Shown piece after piece: positions 9,654-18,623 of a stretch of 64,000 nucleotides of DNA. The notes under the pieces are model-generated. The model was not told where the DNA came from and did not search any database. It saw only the letters and a program-made list of their open reading frames with translations. A program made the position numbers and the translations under genes. Each line of letters starts with the position of its first letter. Positions within the stretch are counted from its first letter, which is position 1. The DNA lies in IMG/VR virus record IMGVR_UViG_3300046804_004458, positions 1-64,000 of that record; one strand, written 5' to 3'. The DNA is from a virus.

Positions 9654-10196
9654 ATGTCAAGAGTAACTATAGCAGGTGCAGAAGAAGCTGCAAATCAAAT
9701 ATGTAAAAAGTTGGATGCCCAAATAAAGAAGATAGAAGATGAAATAAAAGAAATGCTTATTCATTTACATGAAAAGAGCATACCACAAGCAGTAAAAGAT
9801 GTATACAAAAAATACCCTGAATACTTCAAAACTATTACAAGACTACATGCATCTGGAGTAGGTATAAGTGGCAAAAATAGAATAAGTGCAGATCTAACAG
9901 AGAGTTGTAGTTATAGCCATTACCTTGAACTTAAAGACAAAGATTTAGATAGGTATACAAAACTGATTAATAAAAGAGAGACACTGCAGGAAAAGAGAGA
10001 TAAAACTTTCTTAGAGATAAAAAACACTCTTCTTGGACTTGGTACTTATAAAAGAGTACAGGCAAGTTTTCCTGAAGCATTAAAGTATCTTCCACAGATA
10101 TCAGGTGGAGTAACACTTATGCATGTACCTGAGAAAATAAGGGAGACAGTAAGTTGCCTAATAAGCACAGATGAAAAATGCCTACAGGCTATTTAA
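9654..10196 (+). CDS. Nmad5-like helical protein (putative)
   Basis: Coiled-coil body and C-terminal LGTYKRVQASFPEA resembling Nmad5. Confidence 0.5.
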   Translation: MSRVTIAGAEEAANQICKKLDAQIKKIEDEIKEMLIHLHEKSIPQAVKDVYKKYPEYFKTITRLHASGVGISGKNRISADLTESCSYSHYLELKDKDLDRYTKLINKRETLQEKRDKTFLEIKNTLLGLGTYKRVQASFPEALKYLPQISGGVTLMHVPEKIRETVSCLISTDEKCLQAI

Positions 10197-10206
10197 TAAA
10201 TCAGAG

Positions 10207-10240
10207 AACAGGGGAACTAACAATTCCCCTGTTTTTATTT
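10207..10240 (+). terminator. Intrinsic terminator
   Basis: AACAGGGGAA-loop-TTCCCCTGTT followed by a T-run. Confidence 0.8.
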
Positions 10241-10251
10241 AAAAATAAACT

Positions 10252-10449
10252 ATGGAACATATATACACAATACCAATTAAGTATATTATAGAAGTAGAAG
10301 TAACTGTAAAAAGTACAGAGAGTGTACAAAAGGTCTATGAAGATGTTAAAGAAATAACTGCTACTGTTACTGATGCTACTTCTTTGAGTAATTGTGTAGT
10401 AGTAAGAAAAAAAAGATTTATAGCAAGATCCAAAATATTAAAATCGTAG
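10252..10449 (+). CDS. Hypothetical protein
   Basis: ORF with A-rich leader. Confidence 0.55.
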   Translation: MEHIYTIPIKYIIEVEVTVKSTESVQKVYEDVKEITATVTDATSLSNCVVVRKKRFIARSKILKS

Positions 10450-10450
10450 T

Positions 10451-11248
10451 ATGCAAATAACAGAAAAATTAAGTCAGCAGTTTGGCACCTGGCTGGAGCT
10501 GTTTAGGCCATTTATAGAATCAGAAGCATTTGATAAAATATTTGGTGTGCTTAAAGCTTCTACTAAAGCAGGTAAGGAGATATATCCTAAGTCTGCAGAA
10601 GTGTTTAAATCGTTTGAATTATGTGACAGACATAAGATGAAGGCTTTGATACTATTGCAGTCTCCTTATCCTACAAAAAGAAATGGAGTAGTTGTAGCTA
10701 ATGGTATTCCTATGGATTGTAGTAACATAGCACCATACCAACAGCCAACAATGTGGCAGTGGTATCAGGCTATGGAAGAACAATATGGGTTTGACCCATT
10801 TAATGACCTCAGGTGTGATCTATCATACCTGTTACAAGAAGAGCATGTAATGTTACTGAATAGTTCACTTACAATAGAGGCAGGTAAACCAGACAGTCAT
10901 GCACAGTTATGGGAGCCATTTATGAAGTATTTCTTTGAGGAGATAATAGACAAATACTACAAAGGACTTCCTATTGTACTTATTGGTAAACCAGCCCAGG
11001 TATATGAGAAGTATATTATGCCCATATCTCATTATATCAAAAAAGTTGAACACCCGGCAGCAGCATCCTATCAGAACAGAGCCTGGAAGCATGAGCAGCT
11101 TTTTACTTGGATAAATGATATACTAAAAAAGAACAATGGTGCTGAATACAAAGTAGAGTGGTTTAGAAAAAAAGGTGTAGAAGTAAATTTAGTAAAAGAT
11201 AAATCGTATTTTATAACACTTCTTTTATTGGCACCTCTTACTGTATAA
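10451..11248 (+). CDS. ung: Uracil-DNA glycosylase family-1-like protein, divergent active site
   Basis: IYP..VFKSF, LQSPYP (canonical GQDPY), VMLLNSSLT, SHAQLWEPF, VEHPAAA. Confidence 0.85.
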   Translation: MQITEKLSQQFGTWLELFRPFIESEAFDKIFGVLKASTKAGKEIYPKSAEVFKSFELCDRHKMKALILLQSPYPTKRNGVVVANGIPMDCSNIAPYQQPTMWQWYQAMEEQYGFDPFNDLRCDLSYLLQEEHVMLLNSSLTIEAGKPDSHAQLWEPFMKYFFEEIIDKYYKGLPIVLIGKPAQVYEKYIMPISHYIKKVEHPAAASYQNRAWKHEQLFTWINDILKKNNGAEYKVEWFRKKGVEVNLVKDKSYFITLLLLAPLTV

Positions 11249-11313
11249 TTTTGATTCCTAAGTAAACAACCCTGCACCTGATTTAATAACAAATTCAGAC
11301 TGCCCATTTTAGT

Positions 11314-11490
11314 ATGCATACAGACAAAAAAATAAAGCATTTACCACAAAAACAAATAGACAAACTTATAAAAGAAGAGCCGGATATTACTATTAAAGAA
11401 TATCTGGCACTTCTTGATGAGTTATCTACAATTAAAAAAACAACTATTAAAAATGATAAAAACACAGGTAGAAGTTACAATAAAAGTTGA
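11314..11490 (+). CDS. Small hypothetical protein, 58 aa
   Basis: MHTDKKIKHLPQKQIDKLIKEEPDITIKEYL... open to TGA 11488. Confidence 0.5.
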   Translation: MHTDKKIKHLPQKQIDKLIKEEPDITIKEYLALLDELSTIKKTTIKNDKNTGRSYNKS

Positions 11491-11695
11491 TCTTGAAATA
11501 AACAAGAAAAAGTTCATAGAAGAAAACAGTGATTACTTTGAGAATGCTGTACCTGATGAAAATGAACAGTATAAAGATGAAGATATTATAGCTGAAGCAC
11601 AACAACTTTTTGTGCAAGAATTGAGTTATGAAATGAATTCTACAGTAGAAGGAGTAAATGTTAAAAGAACAGAAATAATTGAATACAATGAATAA
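11453..11695 (+). CDS. Hypothetical protein
   Basis: ATG 11453 with A-rich leader. Confidence 0.6.
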   Translation: MIKTQVEVTIKVDLEINKKKFIEENSDYFENAVPDENEQYKDEDIIAEAQQLFVQELSYEMNSTVEGVNVKRTEIIEYNE

Positions 11696-12158
11696 CAACA
11701 AACAGCTAACAATAGATGATTTTGAACAAAAATATCATCCTGTTAAAAATCCCTTTAGAGATACCTGGACATTTGATGGTTGTCAGTTTGAAACATATGG
11801 AGAGGATATTGAGTATGTAAGAAGTTTTGAAGATAAACAGAAAATCTGGACTGTTATTGACAACAATGATGGTTGGTTTGGTGTAGTAGCTGGTTATCAC
11901 TACATAAACAGGATTGGCTATTTAATAACTGAAGAGAAATGGGAAAGTGAATTTGAGGAGTATACAATATGTGATGAGGGACCAGTGAATGATTGGTTCT
12001 GGAGCCTTAGTGTTGAAGAAAAGAAAAGTTTGTTTCCTTCTTTAGAGTTGAAACCTAATTTACATGAAGAGGATCAACTTGAAGATGAGTGGCATGACAA
12101 CTGTGTAGATGAGAAGGAAGAAATCATGATGAACTTTAAAAACAAGAACAATGAGTAG
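11688..12158 (+). CDS. Hypothetical phage protein (FETYG / GYHYINRIGY motifs)
   Basis: Operon-packed ORF. Confidence 0.7.
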   Translation: MNNNKQLTIDDFEQKYHPVKNPFRDTWTFDGCQFETYGEDIEYVRSFEDKQKIWTVIDNNDGWFGVVAGYHYINRIGYLITEEKWESEFEEYTICDEGPVNDWFWSLSVEEKKSLFPSLELKPNLHEEDQLEDEWHDNCVDEKEEIMMNFKNKNNE

Positions 12159-12870
12159 TGTAATAAAGAATAGAGGCAAGGAGATAATAAATCTTTCTTT
12201 TTACAATCAAGTTAATAAAGCAATTTGTATTACAGATAAGCTATTAAAATTACATCCACCTGCTGAGAAGCAGTATGTCTTACGCATTTTAATACGTGAT
12301 AATGTAGATCAATCTTTTATGTTGCCGGAGGAATTGATGTGGGTATTGCCAATGTTAATGTTAGCCGATGAATATCAGAATAATGTTTTGGGAATAAAGC
12401 ACTCATTTGTTTACATAACTGTTAGACATGGTTTTGTAGAATCAACTACTGATGACGAGTGGCACGTAGATGGGTTCTCTACTAAGGTTAGTCATATACC
12501 AGAGCAAAACTACATATGGTGTAATAATTATCCAACAGAAGTGCTTATTAATCCCATGAAGATACCATCAACTTTTGATCCGAGTAAGCACAATCTACAA
12601 TATTACATACAAGACAATGCACATGAGGGTAATATAATTACTACTGCTGCTGAAAATGTTTATTGTATTGATCCTTATGTAATTCATCGTAGACCAACTG
12701 TACCAATTGGAGCTAAGAGAACATTTGTTCGTATATCGTATGTACCAATAGCAATACGAGATAAAAATAATACTCCTAATAGCTTATTGCCTACAATAAA
12801 TTATTTAGAAGATGGTGTTGCAAAAAGAAATACATTATTACGATACCAAAATTAAAAACAAGAACAATGA
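12136..12870 (+). mobile_element. Single-gene cassette bounded by 19-bp direct repeats
   Basis: TTAAAAACAAGAACAATGA at 12136-12154 and 12852-12870. The interior is CpG-rich relative to the genome. Confidence 0.7.
12151..12855 (+). CDS. Putative 2OG-Fe(II) oxygenase (DSBH fold)
   Basis: WHVDG (HxD), distal VIHR (His), RTFVRIS (2OG-binding Arg strand). Confidence 0.65.
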   Translation: MSSVIKNRGKEIINLSFYNQVNKAICITDKLLKLHPPAEKQYVLRILIRDNVDQSFMLPEELMWVLPMLMLADEYQNNVLGIKHSFVYITVRHGFVESTTDDEWHVDGFSTKVSHIPEQNYIWCNNYPTEVLINPMKIPSTFDPSKHNLQYYIQDNAHEGNIITTAAENVYCIDPYVIHRRPTVPIGAKRTFVRISYVPIAIRDKNNTPNSLLPTINYLEDGVAKRNTLLRYQN

Positions 12871-13028
12871 AACAACAAATAGAAAAGAAGCTTGATTACT
12901 ACAAGAAGCAGGTAGATGTGTTCACAGACAGACATCTGGAAACATGCAAGAGAACAGATAGAGATGCATTGATCAGGTGTAAGGAAAGGGTAAAAGTTTA
13001 TCAAGAGGTATTAAAACTGATACAATGA
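12867..13028 (+). CDS. Small hypothetical protein, 53 aa
   Basis: MKQQIEKKLDYYKKQ...LIQ*. ATGA-coupled to the next gene. Confidence 0.6.
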   Translation: MKQQIEKKLDYYKKQVDVFTDRHLETCKRTDRDALIRCKERVKVYQEVLKLIQ

Positions 13029-13726
13029 ACTACGATACAGAAGAATACAAAGGATACAGAATTATTATAGATTATTATCAAGACCCAATGAACCCACGTA
13101 CAGAATGGGATAATGCAGCTACTATGGTTTGTTGGCATAGAAACTATGATCTGGGAGATAGTGAAAGTTGGAAAGGAATAGATGGAAAAAGAAAAAGCCA
13201 AAACCTCAGTAAGAACTATAATGAACCTATTGATTTGCTATATGAGTTAGCAGGTATAGATAGGGATGACCTTGAGGAAGATATGAAGTATGATGATTTA
13301 ATTGAAGAAATAACAAAGAAAGGGCACCTGATAAGTGCTCTTTATCTTTATGACCATAGTGGGATTACTATTTCAATGAGCTCCTTTGGGTGCAGATGGG
13401 ATTCTGGTCAGGTAGGTTGGATATACATAAAGAAAGAAAAGATTGTTGAAGAATGGGGAGAAGGAGAAGATGCTTACGAAAAAGCAAAAAAGTGCATGGG
13501 AGGTGAAGTACAGGTATATGATAACTATCTTACTGGTGAAGTATATGGTTTTACAATAGAAGACCCAGATGGAGAGCATATTGACTCATGTTGGGGTTAC
13601 TATGGAGATGATGGTAAAGAAGATATGCTTTCAGAGTGTAAAAGTACGATAGACCGGCATATAAAGAATAAAGAAAAAAGAGCATTACTATTAGGAATTC
13701 AACTAAAACTAGAGTATGGCAACTAA
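13025..13726 (+). CDS. Hypothetical phage protein (YDHSG / WDSGQVG motifs)
   Basis: Long ORF with motif-like conserved blocks. Confidence 0.75.
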   Translation: MNYDTEEYKGYRIIIDYYQDPMNPRTEWDNAATMVCWHRNYDLGDSESWKGIDGKRKSQNLSKNYNEPIDLLYELAGIDRDDLEEDMKYDDLIEEITKKGHLISALYLYDHSGITISMSSFGCRWDSGQVGWIYIKKEKIVEEWGEGEDAYEKAKKCMGGEVQVYDNYLTGEVYGFTIEDPDGEHIDSCWGYYGDDGKEDMLSECKSTIDRHIKNKEKRALLLGIQLKLEYGN

Positions 13727-14033
13727 AAGAATTAACAAAACACCCAGAGTTTTACATAAATTCTGGGTGTTTTATGATCAATACAGTTTAATATGTTACA
13801 CTATAATATTCCCAAATGGTGATTTATGGGGATGTAGTAGAAAAATAAAAGAACCAGCTGGCTATGGTGGCAATGTTTTAGAAGTAGAAGGGTGGAAAAG
13901 TATTTATGAGTATATAAAAGACAAAAGAAGCCACAGTAGAAAGATAGGTATAGAGTTAAGAAAAGACAGTATACCTGAAGATGTAACAAAATGGATTGAG
14001 CAATTAATAAAAATACATGGTTATGGAAAGTAA
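13716..14033 (+). CDS. Hypothetical protein
   Basis: Operon-packed ORF. Confidence 0.6.
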   Translation: MATKRINKTPRVLHKFWVFYDQYSLICYTIIFPNGDLWGCSRKIKEPAGYGGNVLEVEGWKSIYEYIKDKRSHSRKIGIELRKDSIPEDVTKWIEQLIKIHGYGK

Positions 14034-15000
14034 TACAACAACAAAAAGACAAAAAAAGGTGTTTAGTTCAATGTCAGACATTGCACACATCTTTTCTAAT
14101 GAACCAGGTAGAGAAGCAAGGTTTCGTAATGGATTTATAGAAGGTGATGTTATATATAGTTATGGCAGACACTTTCCTATAGCAAGAAGACATGTAGATG
14201 GTGCAAAAACTACTATGTTTGTTACATTAAGAAGTTACAGTAACACTACCAGAAAACATATAGATGATGTAAAATATGCTATACGTCAGCATACTAGACT
14301 ATATATGTATTTTCTTCCTGCTTATGGTGAACCTAATCATACTGCAAACATAGATTATTGGACAAAAGAAATAGAAAATTTTATTAGTAAGTTTAAAAAA
14401 GCAAAGACTAATAAATATTATATTTTAACTAGAATACGTGATAATTCACATCGATTAAAAATGTACTTACAATTTTTCAAGATAAAGCCTGCAAAAGAAG
14501 TAGAGCAAATTCTTGAAGAAGTAGCAAGTGATAAATGGGAAAAAGAAATTGATGAGCATAACAAAAAAAGAAAAGAGAGGCTTCTTGATCCTAAACTTGA
14601 AGAAAAAAGAGAGAAAGCAAGGTTAGCAAGAGAAAGAGCAGAGATAAAAAAGAATGAGGAGCAGATACAGAAGTGGAGAAACTTTGAACCATATGTGTAT
14701 AGGCCCTACTCTTATAAACACTCACACAACTTACCTGACCTTCTCAGGTATAATGTAGAGAAGCAGAGGATACAAACCTCCCAGAAGGTAGAAATACCTG
14801 TAGAGGTAGCTCATAAGTTTTACCGGTATATCCAGGTAATGCTGAAGAAAGGTGGATGTACCAGTGAAGCATGTTGTGACTATAATCTTTTAGATAAGTA
14901 CCGGGTAAGAGAGATTACTAATGTGCATATTGTCGTAGGCTGCCACAGGATAAAACAGGAAGAGATAAACAATATGGCTAAACAGTTAAAATGGATATGA
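14017..15000 (+). CDS. Hypothetical protein (IYSYGRHFPIA...GCH)
   Basis: Long basic ORF. Confidence 0.75.
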   Translation: MVMESNTTTKRQKKVFSSMSDIAHIFSNEPGREARFRNGFIEGDVIYSYGRHFPIARRHVDGAKTTMFVTLRSYSNTTRKHIDDVKYAIRQHTRLYMYFLPAYGEPNHTANIDYWTKEIENFISKFKKAKTNKYYILTRIRDNSHRLKMYLQFFKIKPAKEVEQILEEVASDKWEKEIDEHNKKRKERLLDPKLEEKREKARLARERAEIKKNEEQIQKWRNFEPYVYRPYSYKHSHNLPDLLRYNVEKQRIQTSQKVEIPVEVAHKFYRYIQVMLKKGGCTSEACCDYNLLDKYRVREITNVHIVVGCHRIKQEEINNMAKQLKWI

Positions 15001-15266
15001 GCAACATAGCAAATACTAAAAAGAAACTTGCACTCTTAGAACTCCCTGGCATACAGGGGGTTCTATTTGATGCATTAGTAACCTACATAGGTGAAGCAAG
15101 AGGAGAAGAAGTAGATGTTAAACATCTCACAGAAATGTCTGAGGCTATTGCATTTTCACTAAAAAGGCAGTACCTTGGAGAACTTCCTAAGAAAGAGCCT
15201 AAAGTAGTGCAGACAGATCTTGAAGATCTTATAAAAGAGATTAAAAATGGTCAAGGTAAAAACTAA
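14991..15266 (+). CDS. Hypothetical protein
   Basis: Operon-packed ORF. Confidence 0.6.
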   Translation: MDMSNIANTKKKLALLELPGIQGVLFDALVTYIGEARGEEVDVKHLTEMSEAIAFSLKRQYLGELPKKEPKVVQTDLEDLIKEIKNGQGKN

Positions 15267-15474
15267 CTTCTACTCCCTGATTATAACCATAGATGGATCT
15301 ACTCACCTAAAGGTAAAGATGAAAGACATCTATGGTTATCAATCATGGAGTGACCGAGAAGACAATAACACAATACAATACTACTGCAGGAGTGGTAACA
15401 TTACTTGTGAGTATGAAGACAAAGAGTTGTGGAAAGAGATACTAAAACAATTGGAACCAATAGAATTTAACTAA
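15247..15474 (+). CDS. Hypothetical protein
   Basis: Operon-packed ORF. Confidence 0.6.
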   Translation: MVKVKTNFYSLIITIDGSTHLKVKMKDIYGYQSWSDREDNNTIQYYCRSGNITCEYEDKELWKEILKQLEPIEFN

Positions 15475-15475
15475 G

Positions 15476-15736
15476 ATGGAACAACAGAGTAAAGGTATTT
15501 GGAACCAGTTACAACCAGGAATAGATGGAGAACAGTTTCAAATAGAACTTAATAAAGGTGAGTTTAGTACTGAACTTTTTAGAAAAGAAATGTTTGGATT
15601 CTTTTATAATAGAGCACCTGTTAAAAAGAGAATAGTACATATAATAACAGACCCTGCTGGTTATAAAAAAATCAGACAGATGATTAAGAATTTACAAATG
15701 ATAAAACGACTTCAGAAATATGGAACAACAGAGTAA
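15476..15736 (+). CDS. Hypothetical protein
   Basis: Operon-packed ORF starting MEQQSK. Confidence 0.6.
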   Translation: MEQQSKGIWNQLQPGIDGEQFQIELNKGEFSTELFRKEMFGFFYNRAPVKKRIVHIITDPAGYKKIRQMIKNLQMIKRLQKYGTTE

Positions 15737-16145
15737 ATATTATACCCCAGACATTTCAGAGCTACATATTGGATATGAATGTGAACATACTACCTGTAAA
15801 GGTGCATTTGATATAAACCTTGAAGATGATATAGTAAAAGATAAACTAACTGTAGATGATCTTAGAAAGTATCTTAGGTATTGTGGTATACATGGTGATA
15901 ATGTAGGAGACTACATAAGAACTCGCTACCTTGATCAAAGTGATATAGAATCATTAGGTTGGAAGTTTGATGCTTATAAAGCAGATGATTATAAATATTA
16001 TTTAAATTCCTATGCATTATATTTTCCATATGCTGATGAAGAACCATTACTTATTACACATAATAAAAGTGCAATCTTTTTCGGAGAATGTAAATCTATT
16101 AATGAGCTAAAAATAGTCATGAAACTTATTGGAATAACAGTATAA
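15720..16145 (+). CDS. Hypothetical protein (YYTPDISELHIGYE)
   Basis: Operon-packed ORF, also starting MEQQSK. Confidence 0.7.
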   Translation: MEQQSKYYTPDISELHIGYECEHTTCKGAFDINLEDDIVKDKLTVDDLRKYLRYCGIHGDNVGDYIRTRYLDQSDIESLGWKFDAYKADDYKYYLNSYALYFPYADEEPLLITHNKSAIFFGECKSINELKIVMKLIGITV

Positions 16146-16161
16146 TGTCGTAATATTGTAC

Positions 16162-16268
16162 TGCAACAGTACCTGATAAACTCCAACAACTAGCCAACCA
16201 ATATAAAAAACACCAGACACAGGAAGTCCTCTCTCATCAGAGTACTGTTGCAACCTGTGTTCTGGTGT
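16162..16268. ncRNA. Candidate structured RNA/DNA element with two interleaved helices
   Basis: 16162-16177 pairs with 16236-16252, and 16210-16223 pairs with 16254-16268. Each helix has one bulge. Confidence 0.45.
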
Positions 16269-16281
16269 AACTATATATGTT

Positions 16282-16956
16282 ATGAAATCAGGAATTTATA
16301 CAATAACAAATATTCTAAACGGAAAGATTTATGTAGGACTATCAAAAAATATTGAACAAAGGTGGGCAGTTCATAAAAGTCATTTAGATAAAAAGAAGCA
16401 TAGTTGTAAATATCTCCAGCATGCATGGGATGCACATGGAAAAGAGTCTTTTCTATTTGAAATATTAGAAGAATGTGAGGAACAGTATTTATGTAGTCAG
16501 GAGAATTGGTGGTGCAATATGTTAGATAGCCATAATCCAAATAGAGGATATAATGATAAACCTACATCTCCTAACTGTAAGTGTAAACAGTCAGATGCCA
16601 CAAAATATAAATTATCAGAGATAGGAAAAAGATATACTGGAAAAAATCATCCGTTTTATGGTAAAAAATTATCAAAAGAACATGTAGCAAAAAGAGTAAA
16701 AAAAGTAGAAAAACTTGTATATAAATACTCAATAGAAGGAGAATTACTTAACACGTATAAAAGTGTAAAAACTGCAGCAGAAGAAAATGGTGTATCAATT
16801 AATAATATATCCGCATGTTGTTCAGGAAAACAAAATACTAGTAAAGGATGTGTATTTTTATTTACAGAAATATTTGAAATAAGAAAAGATAAAAGAAATA
16901 GAAATCCAATAAGTGGAAAATATGAGAAAAACTCCGGAAGATCATGGAGTGGTTAA
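16282..16956 (+). CDS. GIY-YIG homing endonuclease with NUMOD3/NUMOD1-like DNA-binding modules
   Basis: SGIYTITNILNGKIYVG, R-W-H, LQHAW, GYN, HPFYGKKLS, YKSVKTAAEENG..NISACC. Confidence 0.9.
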   Translation: MKSGIYTITNILNGKIYVGLSKNIEQRWAVHKSHLDKKKHSCKYLQHAWDAHGKESFLFEILEECEEQYLCSQENWWCNMLDSHNPNRGYNDKPTSPNCKCKQSDATKYKLSEIGKRYTGKNHPFYGKKLSKEHVAKRVKKVEKLVYKYSIEGELLNTYKSVKTAAEENGVSINNISACCSGKQNTSKGCVFLFTEIFEIRKDKRNRNPISGKYEKNSGRSWSG

Positions 16957-16968
16957 ACATAAAATAAA

Positions 16969-17346
16969 ATGACAGTAGAGCAGTATAAAGAAAAGGTACC
17001 TGAACACAAAGATCTTGAAGGAGATGCTCTTTGGAATGCAATGGAAAACTATATGTTGCTGCATGGAGAAACTCATAATTATACAGATAGTGAGGGTAGA
17101 GAAAGAATAAGATTTCCTTGGACACCTGAAGATGGTGATGGAACTCCTATAGGAATATGGGATGTAGTAAAGAATGAAGCAGTAGACAGTAAACAGGAAT
17201 GGAAACCTCCTACTAAACAGTCTGCAATATTTATAGTATTTGACGTTTCAGGAAAAGAACCTATGAAGATTATAGGTGAGCCTATTCCTATTATAGAAAC
17301 AACAGAAGGTTTAAAAATTTATAAAGATGGAACAGAACAAAAATGA
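16969..17346 (+). CDS. Hypothetical protein
   Basis: ORF with A-rich leader. Confidence 0.65.
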   Translation: MTVEQYKEKVPEHKDLEGDALWNAMENYMLLHGETHNYTDSEGRERIRFPWTPEDGDGTPIGIWDVVKNEAVDSKQEWKPPTKQSAIFIVFDVSGKEPMKIIGEPIPIIETTEGLKIYKDGTEQK

Positions 17347-17740
17347 CATGTTTGAGGACATGAGAGCAGCCGGAAGTCAGCTACCTGATATAGTAGAAAC
17401 TCTCAAAAAAAGAGGCTGGAAAACTTATGAGCACCACGATAACTGGATACATCCTAATGTCTTAGGTCAATTCACTACACATCAGGCATATGAATACAAA
17501 GGAATGATAAATGTACCTGCATCAGAAGCAGTGAGGTTTCTTAGCAAGGCTTTGATAGAAGATCGAGCATATTGGGATGGATGGGTTGCAAATATTGCAA
17601 TGTCAATATACGATGAGTATATGGAGAAGCTCCCAAACACCAATACTGTAGTAAAAGGTGCATTGCTTGAGATATTTAATAATGGTGCAGACAGGTTTCT
17701 GAAACTTTTGACAGCAGAAAAAACAACAGACAATGAGTAA
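17327..17740 (+). CDS. Hypothetical protein
   Basis: Operon-packed ORF. Confidence 0.65.
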   Translation: MEQNKNDMFEDMRAAGSQLPDIVETLKKRGWKTYEHHDNWIHPNVLGQFTTHQAYEYKGMINVPASEAVRFLSKALIEDRAYWDGWVANIAMSIYDEYMEKLPNTNTVVKGALLEIFNNGADRFLKLLTAEKTTDNE

Positions 17741-17813
17741 AGAGAAAAAAGAACAGAAGTATTATAACGGCATTGCTGTTGATAGCCAGGAGGAGGTAAT
17801 GACAAAAAAATAG
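17733..17813 (+). pseudogene. Orphaned 5' fragment of the 18589 nuclease gene
   Basis: MSKEKKEQKYYNGIAVDSQEEVMTKK* versus MSKEKNEKKYYNGIQIDSIEEQMT at 18589. Confidence 0.85.
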
Positions 17814-17844
17814 TTGTTAAATTAAATCAACTGTTCTATTTTTG
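17814..17844 (+). promoter_or_regulatory. Bacteroidota sigma-A promoter TTG-N20-TATTTTTG for the HNH gene
   Basis: Matches the -33/-7 TAnnTTTG consensus. Confidence 0.65.
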
Positions 17845-17858
17845 TATAAAATAATATT

Positions 17859-18623
17859 ATGCAAAAAATAGATAAAACAGGATTGAGATTTGGTAAATTA
17901 TTAGTTATTTCAAAGGAAAATAATGATACCTATTTATGTAAATGTGATTGTGGTGTAGAAAGACTATTTAGAGATAAAAATTTATGTAAAACAGGATCTA
18001 AAAGTTGTGGTTGCAATATGGGAAAATGGGGCAGAGGTATAAATTTTCTTGGAATGACCAGAAAACTACTTACCTGTACTGCTAAATTACCAGATGATAA
18101 ATGGGAGTGGACATGCAAATGTGGTAATAAAATTATTCTTAGTGGATGGAGAAAATATAATATTAAATGTTGTAGTTTATCTTGCCCTGAATTAAATAAA
18201 GAAAGAGGTGCTTCTCATAGAAAACCAAAAAATAGAACTATAAATGAGCAGTACAATAGTCATAGATATAATGCAAAAATTAGAAATCTAAATTCTTTAC
18301 AAAAAGAAGATTGGTTAAAAATTGTTTTTTTGCCCTGTTATTATTGTGGTGAAACTGACACAAGAAATTATGCCAAATATCCAGCTTATAGAAAAAAACT
18401 GAAGAATACTTTAACAGAAGATATTATTGCAGAGTTTGAGGTAAAAATGAACGGAGTTGATAGATTAGATTCAACTAAAGGTTATGATATAGAAAATTGT
18501 GTTCCTTGTTGCGGTACTTGTAATTTTATAAAAAGTGATTGTACAGAAGAAAAATTTATTATTCATATAACTAAAATATATAAACATTATGTCAAAGGAG
18601 AAAAACGAGAAAAAATATTATAA
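17859..18623 (+). CDS. HNH homing endonuclease
   Basis: GLRFGKL..CKCDCG..KSCGC N-terminal repeats, PCYYCG, NGVDRLDSTKGY..NCVPCCGTCNFIK. Confidence 0.9.
   Translation: MQKIDKTGLRFGKLLVISKENNDTYLCKCDCGVERLFRDKNLCKTGSKSCGCNMGKWGRGINFLGMTRKLLTCTAKLPDDKWEWTCKCGNKIILSGWRKYNIKCCSLSCPELNKERGASHRKPKNRTINEQYNSHRYNAKIRNLNSLQKEDWLKIVFLPCYYCGETDTRNYAKYPAYRKKLKNTLTEDIIAEFEVKMNGVDRLDSTKGYDIENCVPCCGTCNFIKSDCTEEKFIIHITKIYKHYVKGEKREKIL

Noticed and set aside
16146-16968. Group I intron around the GIY-YIG gene; hammerhead ribozyme (CTGATGA on the minus strand)
   Set aside because: No P7 core or interrupted host gene is recognisable, the 3' flank is only about 12 nt, and the hammerhead GAAA element is missing.
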